64,000 bases of DNA from an uncultured Bacteroidia bacterium (lineage in GTDB: Bacteria > Bacteroidota > Bacteroidia > Bacteroidales > UBA932): assembly GCA_902762435.1 (NCBI GenBank), contig CACWOH010000009.1:3278-67277 (forward strand), written 5' to 3'. Positions 51,090 through 59,331 of this stretch are shown here, one piece after another (within the stretch, counting starts at the first letter, position 1; every line of letters begins with the position of its first letter). The translations under genes were made by a program, and so were the position numbers. Below the pieces are notes generated by a model. It was given only the letters and a program-made list of their open reading frames with translations. It searched no databases and was not told the DNA's origin.

Positions 51090-52321
51090 GCCGGATTCCC
51101 GGGCTCTGCAGGCAGCTCCGGTTCGGCCGGGGCGGCTGCCGCTTTCTCCTTGTTCTTCTTCGCCAGGAAGAAGATCAGGGCGCCGGCCGCTGCGAGCAGG
51201 ATGATGCCCAGCACCGGCCTGTACACGATCCAGGCGATGGCGATGACCACGAGGCCGATCACGAAGGCCAGCACGCCGCACACCAGGTTGACACCCATAT
51301 TGGCGATGTTGGACAGGAACGGGAGCACCTTGAGCAGGGTGACCAGGATGTCGAAGATGTTCTTGAAGCCGAGGTAGATGAGCAGGATGCCGAGCAGACG
51401 GAGCACCCAGGCCATCATCTTGTTGCTTTTGTGCTCCGACTCGAACATGCTGTCCGCGCTGACGGAACCGTCGGTCAGGGCCAGCAGGGTCTTGCCGTTC
51501 TTGGCGGTATATTTCTCGAAAGTGTCGCCGATCACATTGGCCAGGATGGAGACCTCGCCCGGATTGACCTTCTCGAAGGTCACGCGGACGTCACCCACGC
51601 GGGGGTTGTTCGGGTCCAGACCCACATAGATGACATTGTTGGAGGGGTGCACGAAGCTCTCGCTTTCGGCCACGTCCCAGTTGCTGTGCATCTGCTTCTC
51701 CATGTAGGCGGCGAACTCGGGATCGAGCTCGACGTTGAGCGGCACGCGCTTGTTCATCTGGCCGACGAGGCCCTCCGGGAAACGGTAGGCGCCGAAACGT
51801 ACGTTCTGGGCCTGGACGTTTTCGTCGTCCAGCTGCAGGAGCACGGTGTTGGAGATGCCCTTGTACTCCGGATCCTCGAACGTGGAGGAGTTCACCGGAC
51901 TGCCCGTCCATTCCTTGCTATAGGTGTATGTGGTGACGGTTTCCTGGCCGCCGCCCACCTTGTCGCGCGTCTGGGAGCTCTGGTGCTCGACCCACTGGAA
52001 GTACTCCACCTTGCGGGCGAGCTTGATGGCGTTGGCGCCCACGCCGAAGTAGTTGTCGCGAAGGACCTCGTCGGTGGTGGCCAGGCCGGTGGCGTGGACC
52101 AGCTTGCCGTCCAGGTCGGAATGCAGCTGTGCGACGTCGCCGAGTTCAACATATTCTTTCTGCGCACCCTTGAGCATACGGGTGGTCTTGACCGTGCGTC
52201 CTTCGTTCCAGAAGAGCAGGACGATGCCGGCGATGATCATAAGGAATCCCATACCCACGCCTCCGAGGCTGTTCTTCAGCCGGGATCCATAGGAGGTGGT
52301 CGTTACTTTTTGGTAAGCCAT
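51083..52321 (-). CDS. TMEM43 (DUF1625) family membrane protein
   Basis: LLFWNEGR, DGKLVH, RKVEYFQWVE, P.VGDVRVTF, WVLRLLG, IAIAWIVYRP. Confidence 0.8.
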   Translation of the reverse strand: MAYQKVTTTSYGSRLKNSLGGVGMGFLMIIAGIVLLFWNEGRTVKTTRMLKGAQKEYVELGDVAQLHSDLDGKLVHATGLATTDEVLRDNYFGVGANAIKLARKVEYFQWVEHQSSQTRDKVGGGQETVTTYTYSKEWTGSPVNSSTFEDPEYKGISNTVLLQLDDENVQAQNVRFGAYRFPEGLVGQMNKRVPLNVELDPEFAAYMEKQMHSNWDVAESESFVHPSNNVIYVGLDPNNPRVGDVRVTFEKVNPGEVSILANVIGDTFEKYTAKNGKTLLALTDGSVSADSMFESEHKSNKMMAWVLRLLGILLIYLGFKNIFDILVTLLKVLPFLSNIANMGVNLVCGVLAFVIGLVVIAIAWIVYRPVLGIILLAAAGALIFFLAKKNKEKAAAAPAEPELPAEPGNPAQ

Positions 52322-52416
52322 TTTGAATAGTATTTAGGAATTAGTAATTGCACTACAACTCAACAAAAGTATAAAAAACATTACAATATTACAACTACCG
52401 CTGTTTCTTCCTGTAC

Positions 52417-52653
52417 TTGCTGAAGGGTATCCCCCTGCCTCCGGAACCCTTCCGTGCCCTCCAGCAAGGTGTTATTTTTCCGGAGGGTACCCTGCCCCCA
52501 AGAAACCGTGGCCGCCCGTGGCCCATGAACGGGGGGACCGCAAGCGAAGCACAGCGGTGGGATGAAGCGCAGCGGAAGGTTTCAGGGGGCTGGGGTACCC
52601 TCCGGAAAAAAGGTAAAGAGCAAGGGGGACGTCGGGAAAGTCAATTTCCCGAC
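52417..52653. repeat. Composite palindromic (MITE/REP-like) intergenic element
   Basis: Inverted repeats 52417-52427/52457-52467 and about 33 bp at 52475-52507/52578-52610; terminal hairpin 52631-52653. Confidence 0.7.
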
Positions 52654-54308
52654 AGGAGTGATTCGGCGTTGGCGATGGCGGCGGGGGTGATGCTGGCGCC
52701 GCTGAGCAGGCGGGCGATCTCCATCGTCCGTTCCCGGCCGCACACCTCACGGATGGAAGAAACGGCACGCCCGTCGGGCAGCACCTCCTTGGAGACGACA
52801 TAATGCGCATCGCCGCGGGCCGCCACCTGCGGCAGGTGCGTAATGGAAAACACCTGCATGTCCCGGCCCATCTCGCAGATCATCCGGCCCATCTTGTCGG
52901 CCACGCTGCCGCTCACGCCGGTGTCAATCTCGTCGAAGATGAGGGTGGGCATCCCGACGAACTTCGCCATCATCGCCTTGAGGCTCAGCATGATGCGAGA
53001 CACCTCGCCGCCCGAGGCGCACTTCGCCACGTCCACCGGATCGCGGCCGGTGGCGGAAAAGAGGAAACTCACGCGGTCCGTACCGGCGGGGCCCTCCGGC
53101 GCGGCGCTCACCGCCACGTCGAAGACGGCGCGGTCCAGCTCCAGGAAACGGAGCGAGCCGGTGACGGCCTCGGCCAGGCGCGGCGCCGACTGGCAACGCG
53201 CCTGCGTAAGGGCCGCGCAGCACAGGCGATAACGTCCGGCGGCGGCTTCCTCCGCCTTCTCCAGTTCGCGGATGCGGTCATCCGCCCCGTCGGCGTCGGA
53301 CAGGCTCGCGGCAAAGCGCTCGCGGACAACGATCAGTTCGTCCACCGTCGTACAGCCGTGCTTCTTCAGCAGGGAATACAGGCGGGACATCCGCTCTTCG
53401 ACCGCCTCCAGGCGGGCGGGAGACAGGTCCACGCGGGCGTCCATCGCAGCGACTTCGTCGCAGATGTCGTCCAACTCGATGCGCGCGGACTCCAGGCGCT
53501 CGCGAAGCGCCCCGGCGGCAGGAAGGAAGCCGGAAACGTGCTCCAGCTGGCGGCCGGCTTCCTTGAGCGAAGCCGACAGGCCCGGCTGGCCGTCTTCCGG
53601 CATCAGCAGGGACAGGGCGCGGCCGAGCGATTCCTTGATCTGTTCGGCGTGGGCCAGGCTGCGCTGCTCCTCCTCCAGGGCCTCCAGCTCGCCCGGGACG
53701 AGTTTCGCCTCGTCCAGCTGGCGCCACTGGGCCTCGTTGTAGTCACGGTCCGCCTGGAGGCGGCGCTGCCGCTCGCGCGCCTCGGTGAGCTGCGTGCGCA
53801 ACTCCTGCAGGGAGCGCCAGGCAGCCCGGCATTCCTCCAACTGCGCGGCGTCGCCCGCGAAATGGTCCAGCAGGGAAAGCTGGAAACGCGGGTCCGTCAG
53901 CAGCAGGCTCTTGTGCTGCGAGTGGATGTCCACCAGGCGTCCGCCCACCTCCTGCAGGAGGGTGACGGGCACGGGACAGTCGTTGATGAAGCTCCGGGAA
54001 CGCCCCGAACGCGACACCACGCGCCGGATCAGCAGGCGTCCGCCGTCCGGCTCCACGCCGGCCCCGTCCAGCAGCGCCTCCAGCGCAGGGTCGCCGCCGG
54101 CGTCGAACAAGGCCTCGACCACGCAGGAATCGGCCCCTTCCGAAATCACGGACGCTTCCGCCCGGGCGCCGGAAAGCAGCGACAGGGCGCCCAGCAGGAT
54201 GGACTTGCCGGCGCCCGTCTGACCCGTAACAATGACAAGACCCTCCGGAAATTCGACATCCAGAGCGTCTATCAGTATGTAATTCGCTATGTGAAGACTA
54301 CACAGCAC
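52641..54308 (-). CDS. recN: DNA repair protein RecN
   Basis: TGQTGAGKSILLGAL, DIHSQH, ASGGEVSRIMLSLK, IFDEIDTGVSG, ITHLPQVAARGDAH; GTG start. Confidence 0.96.
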   Translation of the reverse strand: MLCSLHIANYILIDALDVEFPEGLVIVTGQTGAGKSILLGALSLLSGARAEASVISEGADSCVVEALFDAGGDPALEALLDGAGVEPDGGRLLIRRVVSRSGRSRSFINDCPVPVTLLQEVGGRLVDIHSQHKSLLLTDPRFQLSLLDHFAGDAAQLEECRAAWRSLQELRTQLTEARERQRRLQADRDYNEAQWRQLDEAKLVPGELEALEEEQRSLAHAEQIKESLGRALSLLMPEDGQPGLSASLKEAGRQLEHVSGFLPAAGALRERLESARIELDDICDEVAAMDARVDLSPARLEAVEERMSRLYSLLKKHGCTTVDELIVVRERFAASLSDADGADDRIRELEKAEEAAAGRYRLCCAALTQARCQSAPRLAEAVTGSLRFLELDRAVFDVAVSAAPEGPAGTDRVSFLFSATGRDPVDVAKCASGGEVSRIMLSLKAMMAKFVGMPTLIFDEIDTGVSGSVADKMGRMICEMGRDMQVFSITHLPQVAARGDAHYVVSKEVLPDGRAVSSIREVCGRERTMEIARLLSGASITPAAIANAESLLSGN

Positions 54309-54618
54309 CGTCTTCCTGGGCTACCCGGTAATAGAGCTCGCCCGCCTCGAATTCGGCGATGGCGACGAGATCCGGCTTGGGCTGGCGCTCGTAGTATTTC
54401 GAGATTTCGATCTGCTCCTTGTTCTCGAACACTTCGTCCATCGTGTCGCGCTCACCGCGGAAATCTTCCAGCTTCTTGGCGAGTTCCTTCTTCTCCGCCA
54501 GGGCGATCTGGTTGGCCCGCTTGGCGAGGATGACGACGGTTTCATAGATATTGCCCGTGGGGGCGGCGAGATCCTTGATGTCCCGCGTGATGGTGTTGAC
54601 AGGTATTTTCTTTTCCAT
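54298..54618 (-). CDS. rpoZ: RNA polymerase omega subunit (Bacteroidota type)
   Basis: TGNIYETVVILAKRANQI, EVFENKEQIEISKYYERQPKP. Confidence 0.92.
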   Translation of the reverse strand: MEKKIPVNTITRDIKDLAAPTGNIYETVVILAKRANQIALAEKKELAKKLEDFRGERDTMDEVFENKEQIEISKYYERQPKPDLVAIAEFEAGELYYRVAQEDGAV

Positions 54619-54651
54619 ACCTACTTTACGGATGCCGCGTGTGCGGGAGTT

Positions 54652-55449
54652 TCAATTTTTTTCTTTCACTTTCGCGTAAAGCGGATCGAGCTCCTTGCGG
54701 TGCTCGGACTGCGGATACTCCCCGACGAAATTCAGATAGTCGTCCATGAAGATGAGGAAACGCTCCTTCTGCTTCGACGGCACGCTCAGGTCGGCGTACT
54801 TATAGGAAGACATGGCCGAGTAGTAGAGGATCTCCTCCCGGTAGACGTTGTCCGCATCGTCCTTGAGGATGTTCTTGAAAGCCACGCGGGAAGCGCGGTA
54901 ATCCTCCATCTTGTAGTACAGGCGGGCGCTCTCGAAGGCCTTGCGGTCCAGCCGCTCGCCCAGTTCCTCCAGCCAGTGGCGGCAGATGTCGGAATTCGCC
55001 CCGACCGGGTGCTCCAGCAGGTAATCCGCCATCGCGTTCATCGCGGTGTAGGTCGGCGTCTGGTCCAGCTCGTAGCGCAGCGTGGCCCGGTAGAGGCAGT
55101 CGATCCGGAGGAACTCCGCCATCTCGGAGAAATTGCCCTGCGGGAAGTACTTCAGGTACTGGTCGAAGTTGGTCTCGGCAGTGTAGTAATCCTTGTAGGA
55201 GTAGTTGCTCAGGCCCAGGTAGTACATCACCGTATCGTAGCGGTCGGTGCCGTTGGTCAGCAGGGTCAGCGACTCGAAAAGCTGCGCGGCGCGGGTGTAT
55301 TTTCCGCTGCTGAAATAATCGAAGGCGGCCTTGTATTTTGCATTCACGTCGTTGCTCTCCAGCATGCGGTCGTACTCCGACTTGCAGGAGGACAGGGCGG
55401 CGAAGGACAGCAGGACGCCCAGGCAGAGGAATAAGGTGGATCGTTTCAT
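54652..55449 (-). CDS. bamD: Outer membrane assembly lipoprotein BamD
   Basis: Lipobox LSSC, TPRs, YELDQTPT; adjacent to rpoZ. Confidence 0.88.
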   Translation of the reverse strand: MKRSTLFLCLGVLLSFAALSSCKSEYDRMLESNDVNAKYKAAFDYFSSGKYTRAAQLFESLTLLTNGTDRYDTVMYYLGLSNYSYKDYYTAETNFDQYLKYFPQGNFSEMAEFLRIDCLYRATLRYELDQTPTYTAMNAMADYLLEHPVGANSDICRHWLEELGERLDRKAFESARLYYKMEDYRASRVAFKNILKDDADNVYREEILYYSAMSSYKYADLSVPSKQKERFLIFMDDYLNFVGEYPQSEHRKELDPLYAKVKEKN

Positions 55450-56366
55450 CGTTTCAAATATTTTTCGGCATCCAGCGCGGCCCGGCAGCCCGACGCGGCG
55501 GCGTTGACCGCCTGGCGGTAGACCGGATCCTGCACGTCCCCGGCCGCGAAGACGCCCTCGACACTCGTGCGGCTGCTGCCGCCCTCGGTGAGGATGTAGC
55601 CCTCCGCGTCGGTCGCCACCCACGGCGCGAAAAGTTCGGAAGCCGGGTGGTGGCCGATGGCCAGGAAGAAGCCGTCAACCTGTATATCAAAAACCTCGCC
55701 ATCCTTGCGCAGCAGGCGCGCCCCGGTGACGCCGGACGCATCGCCGAGCACTTCCTGCGTGTTGCAGTTCCAGAGGATCTCGATGTTCGGGGTGGCCTTC
55801 ACGCGCTCCTGCATCGCCACGGAGGCGCGGAGCACGTCGCGGCGCACGATCATATAGACCTTGCGGCACAGGCCCGCCAGGTAGGTCGCCTCTTCGCAGG
55901 CGGTATCTCCCCCACCCACGACCGCCACGTCTTTCTTCCGATAGAAGAAGCCGTCGCAGGTCGCGCAGGCCGACACGCCCATCCCGCGGAACTTCTGCTC
56001 GGAGGGCAGGCCCAGGTAGCGGGCGGTGGCACCGGTGGCGATGATCAGCGCATCGGCTTCCAGTTCCACGCTCCCGTCCACCGTCAGGCGGAAGGGACGC
56101 ACGCCCAGATCGGCGGCCGTGACGGCGCCCCGGCGCACGTCGGCGCCCAGGTTCACCGCCTGCGCCCGCATGTCGGACATCAGCTGGTTGGCGTCCACGC
56201 CGTTCGGGAATCCGGGGAAGTTCTCCACGACGGTGGTCGTGGTCAGCTGGCCGCCGGGCTCCGTCCCCTCGTAAAGCACGGGAGACAGGGCCGCGCGGGC
56301 GGCATATATCGCGGCTGTATAACCGGCGGGACCGCCGCCGACAATCAGGCATCTTACGTGTTCCAT
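55446..56366 (-). CDS. trxB: Thioredoxin reductase
   Basis: GGGPAGYTAAIY, GGQL, GVSACATCDG, GGGDTA, FAAGDV; start 56366 or 56372. Confidence 0.96.
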   Translation of the reverse strand: MEHVRCLIVGGGPAGYTAAIYAARAALSPVLYEGTEPGGQLTTTTVVENFPGFPNGVDANQLMSDMRAQAVNLGADVRRGAVTAADLGVRPFRLTVDGSVELEADALIIATGATARYLGLPSEQKFRGMGVSACATCDGFFYRKKDVAVVGGGDTACEEATYLAGLCRKVYMIVRRDVLRASVAMQERVKATPNIEILWNCNTQEVLGDASGVTGARLLRKDGEVFDIQVDGFFLAIGHHPASELFAPWVATDAEGYILTEGGSSRTSVEGVFAAGDVQDPVYRQAVNAAASGCRAALDAEKYLKR

Positions 56367-56401
56367 ATCCATTCGAAAGTGCAAAGATACACAAATTTAC
56401 G

Positions 56402-56854
56402 TTATTTGACGGGCCCCTTGCGGGTCGGCCGGCAGAGCAGCTGGACCTCGAATCCTTCGATCTTGTAGCCGCAGAAACGCCGGCCCTTGAAATGCGCTTC
56501 CAGCCAGCTGAGCAGTTCCTCGTCGTCGAGGTCCCGCCAGGCCTCGCTGCGCGTGTCGTACAAGTGCAGGTGCCGCCCGGCGCGGGCGTCGAAATACATC
56601 TTGTTCGAGCGGCCGGAGCAGCGGCCGTAGATCTTCAGGTCGGCCAGGGCGGAAAGGATGTTGTACACGGTGGCCGTCGCGACCGGCGTCCCCCGCTCCG
56701 CGAGGTACTTCGACACGTCCTCGGCGCTGGCGTGCCCCAGGTCGATCATCGCCTCGTGCACGGACAGGCGCTGGGGCGTGGCCTTCAGCCCCTTCTCGCC
56801 GAGCATGCGGCGGAATTGCACGAGGTTGGGAATGCCGGTGCCGCGCGTCTTCAT
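56402..56854 (-). CDS. Fur/PerR family repressor lacking CxxC
   Basis: GLKATPQRL, HASAEDV, ATVYNIL, HLHLYD. Confidence 0.8.
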   Translation of the reverse strand: MKTRGTGIPNLVQFRRMLGEKGLKATPQRLSVHEAMIDLGHASAEDVSKYLAERGTPVATATVYNILSALADLKIYGRCSGRSNKMYFDARAGRHLHLYDTRSEAWRDLDDEELLSWLEAHFKGRRFCGYKIEGFEVQLLCRPTRKGPVK

Positions 56855-56855
56855 C

Positions 56856-58259
56856 CTACAGTTCCTTGCGCCAGCGGGCCAGCGGGATGCCGAGCTGGCC
56901 GCGGTACTTCGCGATGGTGCGGCGGGCGACCTTGTAGCCGCGGCGGCCCATCTCCTCGACGAGCTGCTCGTCGGTGAGCGGTTTCTTCTTATCCTCGGCG
57001 TCCACGCATTCCTGCAGGGCCTTCTTGAGCTCGCGGGTGGACACCTCCTCCCCTTCCTTGTTCTCCATGCCTTCGGAGAAGAAGTACTTCAGCGGGAAGA
57101 TGCCGAAGTGCGTCTCGATGTACTTGCTGTTCACCACGCGCGAGATGGTGGAGATATCGAACCCGGTCTTCTCGGCTATATCCTTGAGAACCATGGGCTT
57201 GAGGTCCGCCTCATCGCCGGATACGAAATAGTCGTGCTGGTAGTCGAGGATGGCGGACATCGTCCGGGAGAGGGTGTTCTGCCGCTGCTTGAGCGCTTCG
57301 ACGAACCACTTGGCGGAGTCGAGTTTCTGCCGGACGAAGGTCGCGGCCTCCTTCTGCGCCCGCTCCGAAGAGCCCCTGGCTTCGATGAGCAGGTCCGCGT
57401 ATTTCTTGTTGACACGCAGTTCGGGTACGGAGAAACGGGGCATCGAGAAGCTGAGCACGCCGTTTTCCTCTTCCAGGACGAAGTCGGGGATGATCTGCTG
57501 CGCCTGGTCGGTGTAGGTGTAGTCCGTTTCGCCGCCCGGTGCGGGGTTGAGCTTCACGATGCGCGCCATCGCCCGCTTCAGGTCGTCCTCCGACAGGTTC
57601 AGGCGGGTCATGATCTTCTGGAAATGCTTGTTGGAGAACTCCGGGAAGTACTCCTCCAGGATGCGCTCGGCGTTGACGGTGTCGCGGGTCTGCTTGCCGG
57701 AACGCAGCTGGAGCAGCAGGCATTCGCGCAGGTCGCGGGCGCCCACGCCGGAAGGTTCCAGCTCCTGGACCACCGCCAGCATGCGCAGCACCTCGTCCAC
57801 GTCCGTGCTGATGCCGGCGCGGAAGGCCATGTCGTCCACCAGCGACTCCAGGTCGCGCCGCAGGTAGCCGTCGGCGTCGAGCGAGCCGATGATGAAGGAG
57901 GCGATGGCGTATTCCTCGGGGCTGAGGTCCCGGTAGCCCAGCTGGTCCATCAGGGACTGGGTGAAGCTCTGATGCACCGAGAAGGTGTTGTATTCGGGCC
58001 GGGGGTCCTTGCCCCAGTTGCTCACGCGGGTGCGGTAGGAAGGGATGTCCCCCTCGTCGGTGATCTCGTCCAGGGAGACGTCTCGGGCCTCTTCCTCCTT
58101 CTCCGGGTCGGGCGTGTCGTCCAGCACCGGATTCTCCTCCAGCTCCGTACGGATCCGCTGCTCGAGCTCCTGGATGGGGAGTTCGATCAGCTTGATCGTC
58201 TGGATCTGCAGCGGGGAGAGCTTCTGCTGCTGCTTGAGTTCGAGGCCTTGCTTGATCAT
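56856..58259 (-). CDS. rpoN: RNA polymerase sigma-54
   Basis: Gln/Leu-rich region I, GVGARDLRECL, STISRVVNSKY, RpoN box ARRTIAKYR. Confidence 0.97.
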   Translation of the reverse strand: MIKQGLELKQQQKLSPLQIQTIKLIELPIQELEQRIRTELEENPVLDDTPDPEKEEEARDVSLDEITDEGDIPSYRTRVSNWGKDPRPEYNTFSVHQSFTQSLMDQLGYRDLSPEEYAIASFIIGSLDADGYLRRDLESLVDDMAFRAGISTDVDEVLRMLAVVQELEPSGVGARDLRECLLLQLRSGKQTRDTVNAERILEEYFPEFSNKHFQKIMTRLNLSEDDLKRAMARIVKLNPAPGGETDYTYTDQAQQIIPDFVLEEENGVLSFSMPRFSVPELRVNKKYADLLIEARGSSERAQKEAATFVRQKLDSAKWFVEALKQRQNTLSRTMSAILDYQHDYFVSGDEADLKPMVLKDIAEKTGFDISTISRVVNSKYIETHFGIFPLKYFFSEGMENKEGEEVSTRELKKALQECVDAEDKKKPLTDEQLVEEMGRRGYKVARRTIAKYRGQLGIPLARWRKEL

Positions 58260-58263
58260 CGCA

Positions 58264-58812
58264 TTATTCGGTGACGACGGACATCCGGGTGTCGGGACGT
58301 CCGATGGAAGGGTACTTGAAACGTTCGCGGACGATGAACGCGTCCGGGAAATCCCCGCTGATGCGGCGCAGGAACGCCTCCGCGTCCAGGCGCGAGCGGA
58401 AATTCCCCACCGTCACCTTGAAGTTCGGCGAGGCGTAGGTCCGGTAGGCCTGGATGTAGGGATACATCGTGTTGAAGCGGCGGATCACCGCGGCGGATTC
58501 CTCGCGGGCGGTGCGGCTGCTGGCGAAATAGAGCCGGATGCGGAAGCCGCTGTACCCCTTCTCGGCATTCGCGTTCACCTGCTTGTTCAGCGCGGAACGG
58601 ACGGCCGGCGTCTGCCGCACGACGATCCGCTCGGGCAGGGCGGAGAAGATGTCGCGACCGAGCAGGGTGGAGTCCACCTGGGTCTCCAGGCCGGTGTGTT
58701 CGATTTCGTCGGTCCCCTCCTCCTCGAAGCTCTGCCCGCGCAGGCACAGCGCCGGCGCGAAAAGGGTCAGGAGCAGGACCGTGCAGGTCCGTATGATAGT
58801 CTTTTTATCCAT
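58264..58812 (-). CDS. SPOR-domain secreted protein
   Basis: Signal peptide; GFRIRLYF, ASPNFKVTVGNFRSRLDAE, AFIV. Confidence 0.75.
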   Translation of the reverse strand: MDKKTIIRTCTVLLLTLFAPALCLRGQSFEEEGTDEIEHTGLETQVDSTLLGRDIFSALPERIVVRQTPAVRSALNKQVNANAEKGYSGFRIRLYFASSRTAREESAAVIRRFNTMYPYIQAYRTYASPNFKVTVGNFRSRLDAEAFLRRISGDFPDAFIVRERFKYPSIGRPDTRMSVVTE

Positions 58813-58815
58813 CTT

Positions 58816-59289
58816 TTATTTGATTTCATCGAGGAGGGCCCCCAGCGGGATGTCCTCCAGTTCAATATCCTTGCCAATCCCGCCGCGCAGGGCCGCACGG
58901 CCCCGGACGGACAGGGTCAGGTCGTCCGCGCTCAGCGGCCCCTCGAGGGTGCGCAGCAGCCGCAGCAGGCTCATCCCTCCGGAGAGGCGGCAGCGGACCG
59001 GCAGCCGGTACAGGCTGTCCGTCCGCGCGGCAATCACCACGGGATCCGCGCTGAGGTCCAGCAGGGGTTCCCCCTTGAACTTCGCCAGCCCGGTCAGGTC
59101 CGACAGCGTGACGCTCACGGACGGATTGTGCACGCCCACCTCCAGCTCCGCGGAGGCGGAGGTCAGCCCGTCCGGCACGATCGAGACGACGCGCGCCGAC
59201 GTGACCGCGATGTCCCGGATCCCCTTGGGGGCGCAGCCCGCCAGGACCAGAAGCAACAGCAGAGGAAGGAGTTTCTTGCACATTTCCAT
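58816..59289 (-). CDS. LEA_2-like small lipoprotein
   Basis: Lipobox LAGC; V.VHNPS; family call tentative. Confidence 0.6.
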   Translation of the reverse strand: MEMCKKLLPLLLLLVLAGCAPKGIRDIAVTSARVVSIVPDGLTSASAELEVGVHNPSVSVTLSDLTGLAKFKGEPLLDLSADPVVIAARTDSLYRLPVRCRLSGGMSLLRLLRTLEGPLSADDLTLSVRGRAALRGGIGKDIELEDIPLGALLDEIK

Positions 59290-59293
59290 CTTA

Positions 59294-59322
59294 CAAAGAT
59301 ATGAAAAATATCTCTATCTTTG
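59294..59322. promoter_or_regulatory. Back-to-back divergent TATCTTTG boxes
   Basis: caaagata (59294-59301) and tatctttg (59315-59322). Confidence 0.65.
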
Positions 59323-59331
59323 CGAAATCTT

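Noticed and set aside
52457-52480. cagcaaggtgttattttt as a MOB_V-like nic site
   Set aside because: Resemblance is only a few bases from memory and no relaxase is present; kept only as one alternative within the element finding
52417-52810. Short ORFs 52417-52803 (+) and 52472-52810 (-)
   Set aside because: They run through the palindromic element and the recN end; no codon bias or motif support
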